From a virus (Duplodnaviria; Caudoviricetes): a DNA stretch of 64,000 nt. The position numbers were made by a program, and so were the translations under genes. The notes under the pieces are model-generated. The model had not been told where the DNA came from. It saw nothing but the letters and a program-made list of their open reading frames with translations, and made no database searches. The stretch lies in the IMG/VR virus record IMGVR_UViG_3300037484_000235, positions 32,001 to 96,000 of that record; one strand, given 5' to 3'. Below, in pieces: positions 61,412 to 64,000 of this stretch (within the stretch, counting starts at the first letter, position 1; every line of letters starts with the position of its first letter).

Positions 61412-61966
61412 ATGAGTAATCCACGACAAGCCATCAATCTCCCGAAAGACGTAGAACGCTACGTCGAAGAGGGAAAAGACCAGGGTCTTACCGAAGACGT
61501 GGCCTGGCCAGTTGCTTGGAGTAGGTACTGCAAAAAGAATCCTGGCAGTGACCACTGCCACAAGTCCAAGGATGAGTATTTTCCTGGGCGAAAGGCTGAG
61601 GACGTGAGTTTAGCAAAGCGTGTGGCACAGCGGTATGCAACGCTCCAGAGCAACTCTGTTGTGGGTAGTCCAATTCGCCAGAGGATCAACTCTGAACTCA
61701 TCCGAGAGGGGATGGACGGTAACACCCGGTTCAAGTCTCCCGGAATGGCGTTGGCGAAAATCAACAGTGTGCTCCAGAAATTCAAGATTGAGTGGGATGA
61801 AGTCATCGATTCTTGGCGATTAAAGCAATCCAAAGGTCAAATGATGGTGACCTTGGCTACGCAGACAGCAGACCCTTTCTCCCCTGTTTCAATCGAGAAC
61901 ACAGCACTGTCGTTCCACTGGGACACACTTGAGTCTGGCATTGAAGTCATTGCCTATCTAGGATGA
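61412..61966 (+). CDS. putative virion protein (ChaB-like N-terminus, AKRVAQRY module)
   Basis: LP..V....E..AW.VAWS.Y; shared AxxVAxR[F/Y] motif. Confidence 0.55.
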   Translation: MSNPRQAINLPKDVERYVEEGKDQGLTEDVAWPVAWSRYCKKNPGSDHCHKSKDEYFPGRKAEDVSLAKRVAQRYATLQSNSVVGSPIRQRINSELIREGMDGNTRFKSPGMALAKINSVLQKFKIEWDEVIDSWRLKQSKGQMMVTLATQTADPFSPVSIENTALSFHWDTLESGIEVIAYLG

Positions 61967-61968
61967 TC

Positions 61969-63072
61969 ATGTCAAATCTTCGATCTAAGCTCATCCGGCT
62001 TGCCCACGCCAACCCAGAGTTGCGTGCAGATCTCCTGCCCCTCTTGAAGAAGATCGCAGGGGAAGAGGATCCGAGAGTTCAAGGTCTCAGCTCAGCAGAT
62101 CGAAAGGTCTACGATCGGTGGCTCTCCGAGGGGGAACCCGAGCTTGCGGACCGTTGGCTCAACAGGGTCTCCCCCATCGAGGATTCTAGCTCTGTGCTGT
62201 GGGACAAGATTGACGCCATCGTGAAGAGTGCACGAGAACGCTCAATGAAAGAGGGAAAGACTGTCTGGAAAGATAACACACCCCAGCACCTTCCCCTGTT
62301 CCGGAAGTACCTTGAAGAGGGCCTGAAAAAGGTCTTCCCTGGGGTGTCTATCAAGCGACAGATTGACCACGTTGTTCATGACCCGCAGGATAGATTCAAG
62401 ACACGCATGGATATCACGGACTACCTCCACAGGTATCTGCAAGGTAACCCAGCGAAGTTCGCAAGTGACAAAGAGGCGGGCCTTCCCCGTTCGACCTACC
62501 TACCGAAGGACAACGACACCCTCACTGAGCGCATCAATACTCCAGAAGGCCTGGACATCTGGACTTGGGAGATGCCAATTAGAGGAAACCCAGCCTATAG
62601 TGCCATCGCTTTCGCTGGCAAAGCTGACAAGCCTCTTTGGCAGTTCAACTACTCAGATTTCTCACGACGAGAGCGCCAGATTCAAGACACCATCAAGAAC
62701 TACGAGGCCGGTGCTGAGGCCAAGCGCAAGCGCCAGGAAGAGCGCAAGCAGTTCCAGCACGGACTCCAAGTAGGGGACATTCTTGTGGCCTCGTGGGGCT
62801 ATGACCAAACAAATGTCAACTGGTACGCCGTAGTCGGGGTGCCTACCGTAAAGATGGTTCTGGTACGAGAGATTGGATCCAAGATCATCTCTTCCGATGG
62901 GTCTGGATCAGACAGAGTTGTCCCAGACCCCAGTAGGCCCATTGGCAGTGTTCTGAGACGCATTCCAGGAGGCACCGCAGGAAATCCCAGGGTCAAGATT
63001 GAAGACAGCATAGTGGCCCACAAGTGGGAGGGGAGGCCTGAGCGTGCAACTTCTAGTGGTTGGGGGCACTGA
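61969..63072 (+). CDS. putative virion-internal protein with LRSxLIRLAH leader
   Basis: MSNLRSKLIRLAHANPELRADLLPLLKKIAG; internal KFAS/KEAG junctions; F..GDILV.SWGYDQTNV.WY module. Confidence 0.7.
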   Translation: MSNLRSKLIRLAHANPELRADLLPLLKKIAGEEDPRVQGLSSADRKVYDRWLSEGEPELADRWLNRVSPIEDSSSVLWDKIDAIVKSARERSMKEGKTVWKDNTPQHLPLFRKYLEEGLKKVFPGVSIKRQIDHVVHDPQDRFKTRMDITDYLHRYLQGNPAKFASDKEAGLPRSTYLPKDNDTLTERINTPEGLDIWTWEMPIRGNPAYSAIAFAGKADKPLWQFNYSDFSRRERQIQDTIKNYEAGAEAKRKRQEERKQFQHGLQVGDILVASWGYDQTNVNWYAVVGVPTVKMVLVREIGSKIISSDGSGSDRVVPDPSRPIGSVLRRIPGGTAGNPRVKIEDSIVAHKWEGRPERATSSGWGH

Positions 63073-64000
63073 TGACATACAACGAAGCTGTGGCCCTCCA
63101 GGAGGCCCTCCTAAAAGAGCTTCGCAAGGAGGCTGTTAGGAAGGATAGATACGAGCCAGTCCTGTCCACTCCACGCAAGATTCCATTCAAACCCAAGAAG
63201 TACTTGAGTGGTGGAGATCTGGTCCTGCGTCGAATAGCACTCTCGGCTAAGCGAGATGCAAGACATCAGAATGAGACTCGGGCTATGGACCTGCCATTAC
63301 CCGAACGGTACACCAACGAGATCAACCATGCCCTCGGATACAGCACCCTTCCATCGGAGCGCCAAGAGATTCTTGTGGAAGCCACTCGTGTGTACAACGA
63401 GAAGTTCAACTCAGTGATCCAGGAAGAGGCCCAGATGAAGACCGCAGCAGAAGTCACCAAGTCCACCGTCAAGTCCTGGATGAAGAAGAACGTGGCCGAC
63501 CACGTTGATCCCAAGACTGACGAAGTCAATGCCACAGGTCTTGCTGAGGCAGCTGCCCAGGAGTTCGACAAGAAGGATCTTGGGGGATGGCTCGACGACG
63601 AGAGTCATTGGGTTTGGGAGATAGCATCAGACGTGGCTGAGGCCCATGAGAAGTCCTCGAAGAAGGCAGGCAGACTTCGCTCTGGTCTGATCCATCTCGC
63701 ACACGCTAATCCTGATCTGCGCCCACACCTACTTCCGCTTTTGGTGCGAAAGGAGTCGAACTTCGTCCAACCCATCCTTGAAGGGATGACACTCACGATC
63801 CTTGGAAAGCCACACAAGGTGATGGGGGTGACTCGCGGGACGGAGTGGGATCTGTACTCATTTGATGATGGGTTCAGCTTCAGAAACATCAAAAGCAATA
63901 GGGAAGACCCTGGATCCAAAGTGGGGGGTGACCTCTACAAGAATGGCAAGCCAGTAGGAAAGCACCTGTCCCCCATAGAAGTGAAGAGGATTCTCCAAGA
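63072..64000 (+). CDS. putative modular virion protein, truncated by window end (not in ORF track)
   Basis: hand-read open frame MTYNEAV...; internal LRSGLIHLAHANPDLRPHLLPLL at 63675-63743. Confidence 0.75.
   Translation, partial: MTYNEAVALQEALLKELRKEAVRKDRYEPVLSTPRKIPFKPKKYLSGGDLVLRRIALSAKRDARHQNETRAMDLPLPERYTNEINHALGYSTLPSERQEILVEATRVYNEKFNSVIQEEAQMKTAAEVTKSTVKSWMKKNVADHVDPKTDEVNATGLAEAAAQEFDKKDLGGWLDDESHWVWEIASDVAEAHEKSSKKAGRLRSGLIHLAHANPDLRPHLLPLLVRKESNFVQPILEGMTLTILGKPHKVMGVTRGTEWDLYSFDDGFSFRNIKSNREDPGSKVGGDLYKNGKPVGKHLSPIEVKRILQ

Noticed and set aside
1-64000. Stop-codon reassignment (alternative genetic code)
   Set aside because: Known enzymes (ThyA, Dcd, CCA, GroEL) are full length in the standard code, and ORFs tile tightly with ATGA/TGATG overlaps.
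1-64000. CRISPR array, transposase/IS, rRNA, integrase
   Set aside because: No regularly spaced repeat-spacer series or matching protein motifs were seen. The recurring 30-bp motif is irregularly spaced and tied to gene starts.

Overview
This window looks like a 64-kb slice of a large (jumbo-type) lytic phage genome read in the standard genetic code. Bases 1-36.8 kb and 50-60.5 kb are mostly minus-strand operons of short, translationally coupled hypothetical ORFs. These operons, and a few divergent plus-strand ones, are fed by one recurring promoter, consensus AATCGTG(T/A)AA-N16/17-CGTT, of which I counted 27 copies by eye, usually followed by an AGGTGAG-like ribosome-binding site (RBS). Bases 36.9-50 kb and 60.5-64 kb are plus-strand blocks with larger genes: CobT-like vWA, SET, NADAR, Dps-like, GroEL-like, beta-helix fibre, amidase, C39 peptidase and putative virion polyproteins. 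Other recognisable enzymes are a CCA-adding-type nucleotidyltransferase fused to a ParB/Srx domain, dCTP deaminase, ThyA, a DEDDh exonuclease, an HD alarmone-hydrolase-like protein, two SAM methyltransferases, a GNAT, a CobS-like AAA+ ATPase and two cyclic-phosphate receiver-like domains. The strongest unannotated signals are: (1) two promoter-driven ~90-nt non-canonical RNAs ending in an acceptor-like stem plus NCCA, and a third 154-nt structured RNA; (2) shared targeting-like peptides and [K/R]-x-A junctions across putative virion proteins, including the CCA enzyme; (3) a 38-aa prepilin-only peptide missed by the ORF track; (4) a GG-terminated ubiquitin-like protein with a Cys-His partner. 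No CRISPR array, transposase, rRNA or canonical tRNA was seen. Family assignments rest on motifs recognised by eye, not database searches, and many start codons were re-picked by hand.
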